64,000 nucleotides of DNA from Octopus sinensis (GCF_006345805.1 NC_043000.1:161324001-161388000); one strand, 5' to 3'. Counted from the first letter of the stretch, positions 27,649-40,505 are shown. The notes: generated by a model not told the origin, from the sequence alone. Numbers and translations are program-made.

Positions 27649-27914
27649 TCAAGAGGAAGTCAATCAAGGATACAGATTAATAATTTAAGAAGGAGTCGAC
27701 TAATAGACAGATATGCCAATCATCCGTGGTCTTTATTGTTTAATTATCGGCTATTTAATACCCTCTGTTATCGGTTTGAGAAAACGTTCGCATACAGCTT
27801 TCTTGAGGAGTGATTATTAAATTCTGAAACGGTCCGTCAGATAACTCCCACACGTCTTTTCTTAGCTCATTGAAAACTTAGAAGGAATGTGTTAAGATTA
27901 TTATAGAACTTATG

Positions 27915-28340
27915 AAGTCGGCGAGTTAGCAGAATTGTTAGAACGCTGGTGCGAAATGCTTAGTGGTAGTTCAAATTCCTCTGAGGCCGACTTTGTCTTT
28001 CATCCTTTCTGGGTCGATAAATTAAATACCAGTGAAACCCTGGAGTCGATGTAATCGACTAGTCATGTCTTTCAAATTTCAAGCACTGTGCCTTTGGTAG
28101 AAAAGATTATTATATAACTTATGAAGATGAGGACCTGTCATAATCGTAAGCACATCGAACAAAATGCATTTCGTATGTTTTTGTTTTGACTTCAAATTCC
28201 GTCGAGGTCAACTTAGCCCTTCATACTCTCGCCATCGATGAAATAAGTACCAGTCAAGTAGGCAGGGTGCAATTAGCTATCCCCCTACCTGAAGATTTCT
28301 GGTTTTGTGCCCATTGTAGAAAGGAATATTCTAGAATTCA
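27915..28340 (+). mobile_element. Two degraded tandem copies of the 10.5-12 kb SINE family
   Basis: gtcggcgagttagcagaattgttagaacgc...ttcaaattcc...gactttgtctttcatcctttc at 27915; a second ttcaaattccgtcgaggtcaacttagcccttcat module at ~28190. Confidence 0.75.
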
Positions 28341-28769
28341 AGTTAATTTCAGTACTCTGGATTCACGTTCATACATAATGAAAAGGAAAAATAATTAAGC
28401 TATTCTTCACGATAATAATTGAACTACTAATGCCTCACTCTCTCTCTCTCTCTCTCTTCCTCTCTCTTCTCTCACTCTCTCTCTCTCTCCTCTCTCTTCC
28501 TCTCTCCTTCTCTCTCACACTCTCTCTCTTCCTCTCTCCTTCTCTCTCACACTCTCTCTCTCTATATATATATATTTATGTGTGTTGTACATCAATACTG
28601 GGGAATGAGATGCATACTTTCTCTGATGAACAATCAACAAATCATGTTTCCGATCGTCCAAAATCTCTAAACCTCTTTCTTTTCGAGAATTGAAATCATA
28701 GAAAATGTTGCTTATGTATTTAAATGTTTTCTAATACTTAAAAATTTACTCTCCGAGGCACAAGTCCGA

Positions 28770-29000
28770 GCAAGCTTGTTCTTGAAAGACCAGTAGTCGC
28801 CCAAGCATACCAGCCTCCACTCTTCACACCATTGATGTTGTCCAAGAGAAAGGAAAGGGCCGATACAGTTTGGCACTATTGACGTCACAACTTATTTCTA
28901 CAGCTGAGTGAACTGGTGCAATACAAAGCCCGATCCAGGAATCGAACTCACCAACTCGTGATTGTGAGCCCGGCCCGCTAACCACTAAGCCGTGCGCCTT
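28770..29000 (-). mobile_element. tRNA-derived CORE-type SINE with internal deletion
   Basis: Reverse complement matches the head and body of the 9239-9572 SINE. Confidence 0.7.
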
Positions 29001-29324
29001 CAACTTCTATTACTTACACATATTCATATGTATATGTTGCATGCTGTTGTTTCTTTTTAAGTAACCTTGTAACTCTTCTCCTGTAATGAAACACGTGTGA
29101 CAGGGAATTAAAATAACAAAATATTCCAATTTTCGTTCTAATATATGCTTACTCTGTAAGATTTGATTCACTAGAACTTTGAAGTGGGATGTACACTGCA
29201 TTTAAAATAAAATACCTATATACATACATTTGATTACTGGAACGTGTACATGTTCGTCACGAGTGTACATGTTTGTGTGTGTGCTTTTATACAAACATAT
29301 CCAATTATGAATGCGTGTAAGTAT

Positions 29325-29590
29325 GCATGTATGCATGTATGCATGTATGTATTATGTATGTATGTATGTATGTATGTATGTATGTATGTATGTATGTATG
29401 TATGTATGTATGCATGTATGTATGCATGTATGTATGTATGTATGTATGTATGTATGTATGTATGTATGCATGTATGTATGTATGTATGTATGCATGTATG
29501 TATGTATGTATGTATGTATGTATGCATGTATGTATGTATGTATGTATGTATGTATGTATGTATGTATGTATGTATGTATGTATGTATGCA
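29325..29590 (+). repeat. (TATG)n microsatellite
   Basis: Direct read; it explains the MYVC/HTYI pseudo-ORFs. Confidence 0.95.
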
Positions 29591-32241
29591 TGTACATATG
29601 TATATATATATATATATATATATACACACAGAGAGAGAAAGTGAAGGAGAGAGAGTGTGCATGTATTTATTAGTTATTTTTGAAATAGTGTAATGACACA
29701 AATACACTGAAACTTGTCCCTCTTGAAGATAGCATCTTCAATCATTCCTGTATACAGACCTGCCAAAATTGTGTAGTAATAACAAAGTATTGGGAAATAA
29801 CAGATAAGTATGTATTTATGAGGATATATTTATTTGTTAAGTGTGATATTCTTTTCATCATGAAAGTTATAGTTCTAAGTAAATTAAAAATTATTGAATT
29901 TATCTTTCGTAATGGATGTGCCTTTATGTGGTTTAGAGACTCAGATTTTGCTGTGATAACAATAATTGCTGTGTCAGTTAATATAGATATATGTTGTTCT
30001 GAACTGGTAGAAGATTGAGCAGATCATTTCTGAAACTGTTTTCGGAAAGGGAATATCAAGGATAATGAAAAATCATATGAAAATTATAAAATATAGTTTC
30101 CTACAAAATATGAATTTTAACTAATTTCTATGACAAAATCTGAACACAAAATGAAACCTAATTTGTTGAGTGGGTTCTTTGTGTATGTTTTTTATCATCT
30201 GGTCTCCTGTGAATACAGTTATTAAAGCTTTTATAATTTTACTCACATTCAATCTCACTCATAGCTTGCATTATGCGAAAGTCTATACCTGCGGACACTA
30301 TTCCATTTATGAACAGATTATGTAAGATGTATGTGCCATTGAAAATATTTAAATAATATTTAAATCATATTTATATGATGAAAAAACTGCGAACGAAATT
30401 GTGGAAAGTAGCAAAGGCGAACTTTTGTTTATTCTAAATAGTGTAGATTTATAACGAAATTTCTTGGACGAGAATAAAAATTTAGGAAATGCATAGTATG
30501 CTAATATAAGTATCTAACTATCAGAATATTTTATAGGTTTTAAATTATCTTGTAACGTTTCTATCAACAAGAAGAGATGCTTTCTGTGCATCTGTTTATA
30601 AGATTTCGTGTTTTTTATTGTTTTGTTTTTGTGAAGGGAATCTTGTTATGTATTATTTTTTTTCTACTATGATACATCCTTGCTTTAGATATTATAATCC
30701 GCTTAAAAGTATATCATTGAATTTATATCAGCTCCCTATTCAATGGAAATAGAAGGATGTCTTCTACATTTGTTTCGGCAGATATTCATGTGTTGGTTAT
30801 AGTAATATTTGAATTAATGTCTTGAAGTAAGTCCAAGACAGATATGTGTATCTGCGTGTTTGTTTTATTTGTGCATTTGTATGTTTCAGTAGTTTGTTAG
30901 CTTTTACTGTGCATTGGCAAATTATGTCCTATAATAGACAAATAATACTATTTACACAGATGCAGTTGCAATTCGTTGGATTGTTATATTGTTATATAAT
31001 TTATGCTTAAGAAAATTAGAAAAAAACGATAATATTTGTAACATATAGTTTAGCTAAATATAATAAAAATATGATAGGAATTTGCATTCATTGGTATTTA
31101 TGGAGATGCAAGAAATATTTTCTGATTAATTTAAATAAATTATTTGCTGTTGGCCTTTTGACGTGAAGTTTTAGGGCGTTTATAGCAATTATTGCTTTCT
31201 CATAGTGTTGTTTGTGGATTCGATGTTTTTTTAATATATATAATAATTTTTTTTTTCTTTATTTAATGGACATTTTATTAGAAATTATTCATTGCAATAG
31301 CTCAGAGATTAGAAAGTATTAGAGAAGTGGCATGGACTATTTCTCAGTTAGTTTTATAATCTAAGAATATAAGTGTGTGTTTCGTTCGATTTCATCTAAT
31401 AACTCACCAAATGCAATATTATTGACAATAATTATTGTGATTTTACATTTCTTTTTAAAAAATGGAAGTCTTCTATCCATCTGTTGGGAGTTATCGCTGG
31501 TTGTTTATTAGAAGACCACTGTCCCATCAATGAGAATTTCTTTAAATCGATTAGTATGTATAATCCTATTAAATCATTGAACTTGGAAGAATGGGGTGAA
31601 CCTATAGAGATGTTAAAAGACATTGGTGAGCTTTAATCCACATGGAGTTGGGAAGCTACAATAATCGCTTGACGTGCAAATGTCATAATTCCGATTTCTA
31701 TGACATTTAGCAAAGTTTGAGTCAATGACAGACAATATTCTTGTATATTGAATTATAAAAAACACCCAGTACCTTTTATAGGATATGAATTTAAATCATT
31801 CTATTATTATGTGTTGGCTATTCCGTTGCGGTAGCGATAATTCGCGTTTCGGTTGCGAAATTATTCTACATTTCTAATAATTTTACTGGTGTTCAATTTG
31901 CTGGGTTTAATTATTTGGAAGAAATGTTTATATTTGAACTTACGTTTATGAATTTCCTGCGGGCTGCAGTCCATTTTATTTCGATCTATCTTTCGAGCTA
32001 TACTGTTTTTAATATATCATACATCCTAAGTACTTCTTTATTTAAAAATTTCAAATTTATAGATTTCAAACTATAACGCATTTCTAATAGGAATAAAGGA
32101 GATAAAGTTTATAATTCAACATTTACAAAAAGCGCCCTATTGTTATATTTAAAAATATTGTTATATTTAGGGATCGACACTTACTTTATTTTTACCAATA
32201 AACGCACGCACTATTTATTTGATCTTCACTTTAGTTGTATT

Positions 32242-32284
32242 ATTAGAGTTCTTTCGTCACACATTTTGTAAGCTCCTCAGTGGC
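32242..32284 (-). ncRNA. Minimal type I hammerhead ribozyme remnant (Penelope pLTR type), stem I damaged
   Basis: Minus strand: gcca-CTGAGGA-gcttacaaaatgtgtgac-GAAA-gaactc. The core is intact and shares gtgtgacGAAAgaactc with the 57340-57384 motif. Confidence 0.5.
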
Positions 32285-33544
32285 ATTATGCTCTTCGTGT
32301 CTCTGCATATGTCTGATTGTGCTTTCTGTCCTATGTCTCGATAAGATCCTAATATCTATGCTCTCTATCGAAACCCCATGCTCTAGTTTAGCAAGATAGA
32401 ATAACCTTGTGGACCTTTTATCTATCTTCTAACTTCTTTCTTATTCCATGATTTTGAATTTAGCCGTGGCTCCTTCGTATACACTCTTCCTCTCTCTTCC
32501 TCTCTCTCTTTAGTTGTATCACGAGAACACCGTGTGATGGATGAAATACTATATGTGTCTCTCTCAATGATACTAAATAATCTATCTTACTTCACAAAGA
32601 AGCATTTCCTTAATTGATGACATGATGGCTACTTCAGAATTTTTATTACGAGATGAATTTGACGAGTTAATATACAAGAATAATTGACAATGTTATTTTA
32701 ATACTTGACGACATCAATTACATGAAGAAAATAAGTACATATATATGCAGCACACAGTTTTTAAAATAATTTACCAATACTGCTAGGCTACATGTAATCC
32801 TTTTGAGATGTTTTGGCTTCAGTTATTCTAAGAATAAGCAAACACAAAATTAAACTCTGCCAACCAGAAGTATATGAAATTATGTAGAAGCAATGAATCG
32901 ATATTTTTACAAAAAACTATGTCAATTATTTTAATTAGGATTTATCTACAAATAACGAAAGATAGAAAATTTTAGTTTGAAGAATGCGGTGATGAGCATA
33001 ATTTTGGCTAACGAAACATCAGTCTAGAGTGGATGTAAGTTCATTACCCCCCCCCCAATATATTATACAACCTTTTATAAAGAATTATTCCAAGTAAATA
33101 AAAGTATAAGCTTTAGTAAAATCAATATAAACTCGCTGAGAAACTTTAGCTCTTAATTGTGTGACATCAGACATTCGATCTAATCATGGGGCAATGAATT
33201 ATAAAACAGAATGATTCCAAAAATTAACAAAACACAATATTGAGTATCAGATGTGCGCTTGATATTAGGTGTGTTCAAATTCATACTCGAAACGAACGAA
33301 TGTAAGTGTTTACAGTACGACATACAGAAATATTACCCATCGGTTATTGAAAATCTTAACCTTATAAATCTGTTACTATAATAGGTGAGAAGGAAAGAAA
33401 AACCATGAAATTTGCACCTTAAAAAGCTACACATTGCGACAAATTCATATAGATTAAGCGTTGAAGACAATGCCTTTGATATCAGTATGAGTGCCTTCTA
33501 TGTAATAGCGAAGAATGTCTGTCGATAAAACGAGCTTCTTTTGG

Positions 33545-34055
33545 GGGAGGGACCCAGTCGATCAGATCGATCCCAGTACGCAACTGGTACTTAATTTATC
33601 AACCCTGAAACGACGAAAGGCAAAGTCGACCGCGGCGAAATTTGAACTCCAGGCGTAAACTCAGACGAAATACCTATTTCTTTACTACCCACAAGGGGCC
33701 AAACACAGAGAGGACAAACAAGGAGAGACAAACGGACTAAGTCGATTACATGCCTTTCATCCTTTCGGGATCGATTAAATAAGTATCAATTACGCACTGG
33801 GGTCGATATAATCGACTTAATCCGTTTGTCTGTTCTTGTTTGTTCTCTCTGTGTTTAGCTCCTTGTGGGTAGTAAAGAAATAGGTATTTCGTCTGTCTTT
33901 ACGTCCTGAGTTCAAATTCCGCCGAGGTCGACTTTGCTTTTCATCCTTTCGGGGTTGATAAATTAAATACCAGTTACGCACTGGAATCGATCTAATCGAC
34001 TGCCCCACCTCCCCTAAAATTTCGGGTCTTGTGCCTAGCGAGGGAAAGATTATTT
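33545..34055. mobile_element. Two dimeric SINE copies in inverted orientation separated by ~50 bp
   Basis: 33556-33751 aligns to the reverse complement of 33802-34002, including the same gaaatacc|tatttctttactaccc dimer junction. Confidence 0.85.
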
Positions 34056-34065
34056 AAAAATTAAA

Positions 34066-34121
34066 GTCTTACATCTGTTTCTGGGATACCTCAAAACATG
34101 GGATTTCCTGTCATCGGAGAC
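34066..34121 (-). ncRNA. Type I hammerhead-ribozyme-like motif at the pLTR 3' end
   Basis: Minus strand: GTCT-CCGATGA-[stem II]-GAAAC-agat-GTA|AGAC. Stem I GTCT/AGAC, GUA cleavage triplet, C at core position 4, and a mismatched stem II in this copy. Confidence 0.6.
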
Positions 34122-34974
34122 AAATAGACAAAATGTGAAGGGTATAGATTAAGGAAACAATGAAATAAAAGGACTGAAAAAATAAAGAAACGAAGAAAAA
34201 GAAATATAGAGGTTCAACTTTCCGATAGTGTAGATGCTAATCCATAAGTGTTTAGGTATAATTCTACGTAAATCCAGGTATGATTAGATCCTTCATAGTG
34301 TAAATATCCATAGAGAAACGTGATGGTTCGTAAGAGAATGATAGTAGAAGTGGCTATTGGGGGATAAAGAGAAAGAAAAATAAATAGAAAGAGAGAGAGA
34401 GAGGGGTATTGGTAGGGAGGCAGGAGGTACAGAGAGAGGAGGAAGAGTGCAATTAACAGAGCATTGGCAAAGTTTGGCAGGAAAAATAAAATAAGGAATA
34501 TCAAACTATAATGTACAAAAATAGACAAGAAGATAAATAAAGAAGTGTGAATAAGAAGGGAGAAAGAAGGTAAAGGAAGATAGTGTAAAAAATACAAAAT
34601 ACAGTCAAATAAATGAATGGGATTCAAAGAGAAGAGGATATAAAGAGATGCCAGCTTTTAGGGTTGGGGCAGGAAGTCAAGTAGTAAGTGTTTGTGTCCA
34701 TTTTGTGACTAAGGCCAGTGGCTATAGAAATATTTCTAGATATGGGGGGGTTGAATGTCTAAAGGGTGAGTGTGTTAGTAGGCGTGAATAGGGAAACAAG
34801 TTAAAGGTTAAATTATTTAGGAATAAAGGCTGCAACTAAGGATTAGGGGATCTGCGAGGTTAAGGTTTAAAAATGAATTAAAGTATTAACAGTTGTCTTC
34901 TAAGGTACTAAGATTGATAGAAAAAATATAGAAGGATATGTAATAACGACCATGGAGGTATGTATGTAAGTGTT

Positions 34975-37160
34975 ATATGTGGGCGGTAAGTTTACACTTG
35001 GATTTATGGAATAATTTAAAACTGCGGAAGAATGTGTGTTCAAATGTTTTAAAAGTTTCGTTGTATTTGTTGAGTAATCGTGATGAGTTATGGGTTAAAA
35101 TTTTTAGTGCTTCTTATAGGCAGAATCCACAAGTGGATCGTTGGCCCTGATAAGTGATGCTAGAATCTATTATAGTCCAGGATAACCTATATTGTATTTT
35201 TCTATTAATTATATGATGTACGTAACTGGCTAGTGATGTGGAATTGTTATGCTCTTTATATTTAAATGAGTTTAAATGTGCAGAATATATTTGTTTAAAA
35301 TTGGCTGTTAAACCAATATAGTAGCTGTTGAAGTTATTTAATATGTTGTGGGCGATGCTAAGTTTACGTTTGTTAGATGAGCTGATAATAGATTCTATAT
35401 TTGGTGTAGAGGAATAGTATAATTTTAAAGTGGATCTAAGATAAATTGTTATTTGTGGTTGCGTGGGAAATTAAAGTCTACTATTTTAAATAATGCTTTA
35501 GCAAGGGCCTTAGCGTTTAAGGCAAATGGAGGTGTGTACCAGAGAATTGATCTTCCACCACTTTTATTCAGTAAATTTGGGGAAGTGTAATTCCTGATAT
35601 ATGTTAGAGGAGAGTTGCAGGGTTTGATGTTTTTATTCTTAGATCGAGTATTATGCGTGTGGATGCTAGGTGGGAGGATTTGGGTATCCAATATGTGGGC
35701 ATGCTCGTCTAGGGTTAAGATTAGAGAGTTATTCTTTGAGTTTAGTATTGGTTATAAATCATATCTTCTGGGAGAAACCACTAGAAGCTAGAGAGTGCTT
35801 GTAATAGATGGCGTAGTTATTGAAGATTACCTCAGTGGCGGATAGATCGGATATCTTGATGAATATGCCTTTGATTATACTCTAGAATGTAGATTTATGG
35901 TAACTAGATTCTGTGTTGATGTACTTAAAGTATTGATTGGGTTTATGATATGGGAAGTAAAGTGAAGAGTTTAAATACAAGGTAGCATCTAGGAAGTTTG
36001 ATGTCTTGTAAGAGTTTTCAAAAGACATAGATAGGTTAAAGCTGGCGAAGAATTTATGCAAGAGTTTTCTAGTTTTTTTCTAATGCAAATTTCGTTATGC
36101 CTGTTGCAATTAACAATACATCATCTCTATATAAACCTCCTTTGATGCTGGGGGAATGTTTGGGAGGAACTGTTGAAGGAGGTACAGTCCGACTAGATCT
36201 GTGAAATGAGCTGAGCCGGATGAGTCCATGGTTGAATCGAAGAAGTATTTTCTATTAGTGTTGAGGTTAGCACGGGACCAAAGCTTATTGTCGAAGGGTA
36301 TGAGAGTTTGCCTGGCAGATAGAATTACATCTATTTCTAAGAAGGTTAGGTTGATAAGGTTTTTAGCAAGAGTCAGGGCGTATTTAAAGCGGATTGGTGA
36401 TATGAAGGCGTAGTAGTTGTTGTTGTCGGATTGTAGGAATGAGGAGGTGTTCTTATTTTGAAGCAGGGCGAACCATGTTTACATATAGTTTCGTTCTAAT
36501 AGTAGGTAAAATATTATCTAACAAACTTTTACTGATTCGTCCTCAATCAGATTTGATGGGGTAGATGAGTCTTATAGAAGGTTTGGTTAAGTTTGGATTG
36601 TGATCCTTAAGGTTAAAGTGTGGGGCTCTTGGGTTGTAGGGCTCTGTGCGGTCATCAACTTCGAGCATCTTTACAAGTTTGCATTCATTGGTGTTGATGG
36701 TATCCGGGGCTGTCTGTGGAGCTATCCCATAGGATTTGTGTAGCTCCTTAGTAAATCCAATGTATTCCTCAAAGGTAAGAGAGTATATGTTTCCAGTTTT
36801 GTCAAAGGAGACGTGCATTTTGAGTGATGAGGTAATCCTATTGATGGCTTTGGAAAGCTGTCTTTGGAATGAAGTTTTGTGTTTAGGAGACTTTAAGTTC
36901 TTAATCATTATAACGAAATCGGTTTCTAATTTATCTAAGTGGAGGTCGTGAGGAAGATCTTTGTAGAACCTAAGGTTATATTTATTATTGTTTCTTTAAT
37001 CCTATTTGTGCCTATTATCATGAAAGAAGGCCTTCCATCTCATTCTTCGGATAAGATCATTTGTTTTGCTAAGTAATAGCAGGAGAAAAGCTTTTTGAGA
37101 TGGAAAGTGTATATCCTTGAGTGAAATGCCCAGGAATTGTTTGTCCACCGTGAGCAATAC
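34975..37160 (-). pseudogene. Degraded PLE polyprotein (RT + C-terminal GIY-YIG endonuclease)
   Basis: Manual translation across stops and frameshifts: RRMRWKAFF, FDKTGNIY, LKDHNPN..IRLIYPIKSD, DLVGLYLL, GLYRDD, NFLDATL, YHKPN, ILWYTPPF, YYIGLTANFK, TCGFCL, LLNK. Clade assignment rests on recalled family motifs, not a tree. Confidence 0.85.
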
Positions 37161-37674
37161 CTCTACTGAATGCTCTACGTGGCAATTTATACAAAATATG
37201 GGGGTTTAGTTCACAGGTGATCTAAATGACTAGGTACGCTGCGTAAGTGCTGTAATGGATTACCAGGGCTCGAAGCTCATAGGCGAGACAGGAGTTATGG
37301 AACCATTGTAGATTTCCGATAAAGCGGATATATATTTGTTAAAGAGGACAGCAAACACGCTAAGGCAAGACAAATATCTCAAGTCATATACGTTTCTGGA
37401 ATATACCAAATTATGGGCTATCCCATCATTGGAGACAAATAGGAAAAATGTGAAGGGTATAGATAAAGGAAACGATGAAATAAAGGACTGACTGAAGAAA
37501 TGAAGAAACGAAGAAAAAGAAATATAAAGGTTCACAGTTCAACTTTCCGATAGTGAAGATGCTAATCCATAAGTCTTTAGGTATAATCCTATATAAATCC
37601 AGGTATGATTAGATCCTTCATAGTGTATATATTTAGAGATAAATGCGACCATATCGATGGTTCGTACGAGAATG

Positions 37675-38066
37675 TGTGCGCGACATGGTGATCTTATATC
37701 AACATAAACAGCGCATGAAGGTGGGACCCACTTAGAATTTGCTTCAGTTCGAGTAGCCCATCCCGCTCAGAAGGTCCCTGAATAAGGATTGTTTAAGGAT
37801 GTTGAACGAAACACCCACGTTTCTAAAGGTGAATTATTCAAACCTCAAAGAATTCCTCTCAACACAGAGCTATGATGTTCTCCCACTACTTCTGCTCTTG
37901 ATCAAAAATTCACATATCGTCAGCCACCGAGGGACATGCTCAACCGGTCATGGTCAAACAACTGACAAGCAAATATGTGGTATTGAGCAGAATATTTGCT
38001 GTAGTCCAACGTTTACACCACGACAAAACAATGAATATGATAATACTTCGAATCAGTTAAGATTAG
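37675..38066 (-). mobile_element. Partial second copy of the 555-bp TAA-flanked element
   Basis: Reverse complement aligns to ~19870-20270. Confidence 0.8.
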
Positions 38067-38068
38067 TA

Positions 38069-38275
38069 TTATTACTTCCTTAGCGAAGGTGGAGGCACTG
38101 TCTTCAGTCGCGTTTGTTTGTTTGTCCATGGACAAGATAACTCAAGAACCGCTGGATGGATTGGGATGAACTCGTGACTTGGATAAACGGATTAGATTTT
38201 GGGATCGATCACATACCGGACAAGTATTTTGGATTATTTTCCGGTCTTTTTACTTAATTTTTGAGAGCGATCACA
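38069..38275 (+). mobile_element. Helentron/HINE-like non-autonomous element, one terminus only
   Basis: ttattacttccttagcgaaggtggagg start followed by a (GTTT)n tract and ...gataactcaagaaccgctggatggatt, an architecture I recognise from rolling-circle non-autonomous elements. Classification is from memory. Confidence 0.45.
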
Positions 38276-38344
38276 ATATGATTTAAAGTTTGGGGAGAAG
38301 TTGCAAGGGTAGCAGCGAAACATATTCATGTAAAACAACACAAG

Positions 38345-38460
38345 ACATTTAAATAGATACAGTTTTTCTAAGGATATGGGCGGTACTTGTCAGCACAATC
38401 TGCCGGATTTCTCTGAGACATGTTCTCCTGGGAACTTGCTTAGCTGTTTCTGACATCCCT
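38345..38460 (-). mobile_element. RLE LINE extreme 3' coding fragment (stack member 1)
   Basis: LREIRQIVLTSTAHILRKTVSI* is homologous to the C-terminus of the neighbouring copies (IQKIVLMGTAHILGNILSM); (TTA)n follows on its 5' side. Confidence 0.7.
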
Positions 38461-38485
38461 TTATTATTATTATTAATATTATTAT

Positions 38486-40505
38486 ATTCTATGTTTGACT
38501 TTTGCTTATATTTGTACAAGTGGCTCCAAGTCTCACCAGAGACCTCAAGAGACAACAGGGTTGGAAGTTCATGTTGTTGTTATGCCTAGTGTGCATATAT
38601 TTGGGGGGTGGGATGTTGTACTAATGAATGTCTAAAAAAAAAAAGTTTTTTTTTTTTTTTTTTAAAACGAAAATTATGGTTGTTTTAAACCTTGAGGTTA
38701 CATATAGAGAGTATTTTGCGTAGGATATGAGCAGTTCCCATGAGCACTATCTTTTGAATTCTGCCATTTTTGGGTTTCCTGGTATCTGAGTTAGGTAGCT
38801 ATCAGCCCCTTTTGCTATCATTCCCAGGGCACCTATGACAACAGGTATTGTTTTAGTCTTCAGCTTCCACATTTTGCTGATTTCTATTTCAAGATCTTTA
38901 TATTTGCTCAGTTTTTGGTAGGTCTTGACAGATACGTTTATATCGATTGGGACAGTCATATCAATGAGGAGGCATGTTCTTTGTTTGAAGTCTTCAATAT
39001 GATGTCTGGCCTATTTGCATCTATCTTCCTGTCAGTTTGAATGGTGAAGTTCCAGAGGAGTGAGATGTGGTCATTTTCAAGCACTGGGGGTGGTTTGTGT
39101 TCCCACCAGTTTTTTTCATGGGGCAAATCCAGGTTTTTACAGATTACCCAGTGAATATATTGTGCAGCTCTATCGTGCCTGTTGAGATACTCTGTAGGCG
39201 CTAGAAGACTGCACTTGGAGACAACATGGTCAATGGTTTCATTTTGTTGCTTGCATACACGACACGTTGGACTGCTTCTGATCTTTAATATGTTGGCCTG
39301 GTAGTTTTGTTGGTAGGCATTGATCTTGAGCTGCTATGATAAACCCCTCTGTTTCAGATTTTAAGCCAGAGGCCATTAGCCATTGATGGGTCAGGGCTTT
39401 GTCGATATCTGCATTATTCGCTCTCTTTGGGTATTTGCCATAGAGAGGTTTTTCTTGCCATTTATTATTCAGAATATCTAAGGCCGCAGTTTTGGCACGG
39501 GTTTTCATGCGCCTAGCTTTTTCTGTGCTTGTTTCTTGTATGTCTATCTCTAATTCCGAAATTGGTTGTATTCGGAATTCACTTAGATATTCCTTTGCCT
39601 GTTTTGTGACTGAGTATGATGCTTTCTTGTTTTCATGTTTTGAGACAAGTTTTAACATCCAGTCCTCAGAGTTTTTCAGGTAGGTGTCTAGGCCAATTGT
39701 AGCAATCTTCATTGTTATTGCCAGTTGCAAAAGACCACGGCCTCCTCTTTTCTTGGCAGATAAAGTCGTTCTGTATCTGCCTTAGGGTGGTGTGCATTCT
39801 ATGCATTGTCAACACAGTTTCCTTATTTTTCTGTCGAGCTGACATATTTCAGTAATTGACCAGTTAACAATATTGAAACTGTAAGTCACGACTGGTATAG
39901 CTAATGCATTGATTGCTTCGATCCTGTTTCTTGCATTCAGCTCTGTCTTGAGTATTGCTCTCACTCTTCGATAGCATTCTCTCCTGATCCTTTCCTTCAT
40001 CTCTGAATGCCTTATTCCGTTCCTTCAATTACCCCTAGGTACTTGTAGCTCTCCGCTGGGTCTAGTTCTTTTATGACCTTCTGTGGTCAAGGTTAACGTT
40101 AGATGTTTCTGTCATTTTTCCTTTGATAAAGGCAGCCTTTGCACATTTATCGAGGCCGAATTGCATTCTGATGTCGTCACTGAATTGTTTGACTATCGCT
40201 AGTAAGCCCTTGAGTTGTTGATCATTTTTTGCAAAAAGCTTTAAATCATCCATGTAAACGAGATGATTTATATTTTTATCAAACATTTTATACCCGTACT
40301 GCGCGTCATTGAGCAGCTTTGAGAGAGGTATTAAGGATAAACAAAAGAGGAGTGGTGACAGTGAGTCACCCTGGAAAATGCCACACGAAATTTTTACATC
40401 ACCAGCATTTAGGGATTCACTGTCACTGTTCAGAGTTAGTGTGGTTCTCCATGATCTCATACTTACAGTCAAAAGTTTCGCAGAGTGGTGCTATCTTATA
40501 CATTT
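38486..40505 (-). mobile_element. R4/Dong-type LINE, 5'-truncated within RT (stack member 2)
   Basis: GIFQGDSLSPLLF, HLVYMDDLKLF, KSETEGFIIAAQDQ, CCHC region and RLE motif (DMTVPID..K..KY.DL); several frameshifts; both ends abut (TTA)n. Confidence 0.92.

Larger units (their letters stand above)
34066..37674 (-). mobile_element. Penelope-like retroelement, Naiad-like, with direct pseudo-LTRs (34066-34340 and 37381-37674)
   Basis: ~270-290-bp direct repeats flank a degraded RT + GIY-YIG ORF, and both repeats end in a hammerhead-like motif. Confidence 0.85.

Noticed and set aside
25799-29707. Numerous 60-160 aa ORFs (YIYI, MYVC, HTHT, LSLS types; similar ones throughout the window)
   Set aside because: They are translations of microsatellites, which lack stops in some frames.
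36543-36545. In-frame TGA in the Naiad-like ORF as possible selenocysteine
   Set aside because: It falls in KSD*GRISK, where a hydrophobic residue rather than Cys is expected, and the ORF has other stops and frameshifts, so it is ordinary decay.
37395-37432. SECIS-like reading ATGA-stem-AA-stem-GA in the right pLTR (minus strand)
   Set aside because: The same bases are better explained as hammerhead core plus stem II (GAAAC and the GTA|AGAC stem I in the sister copy), and the AA loop is not conserved in the other pLTR.
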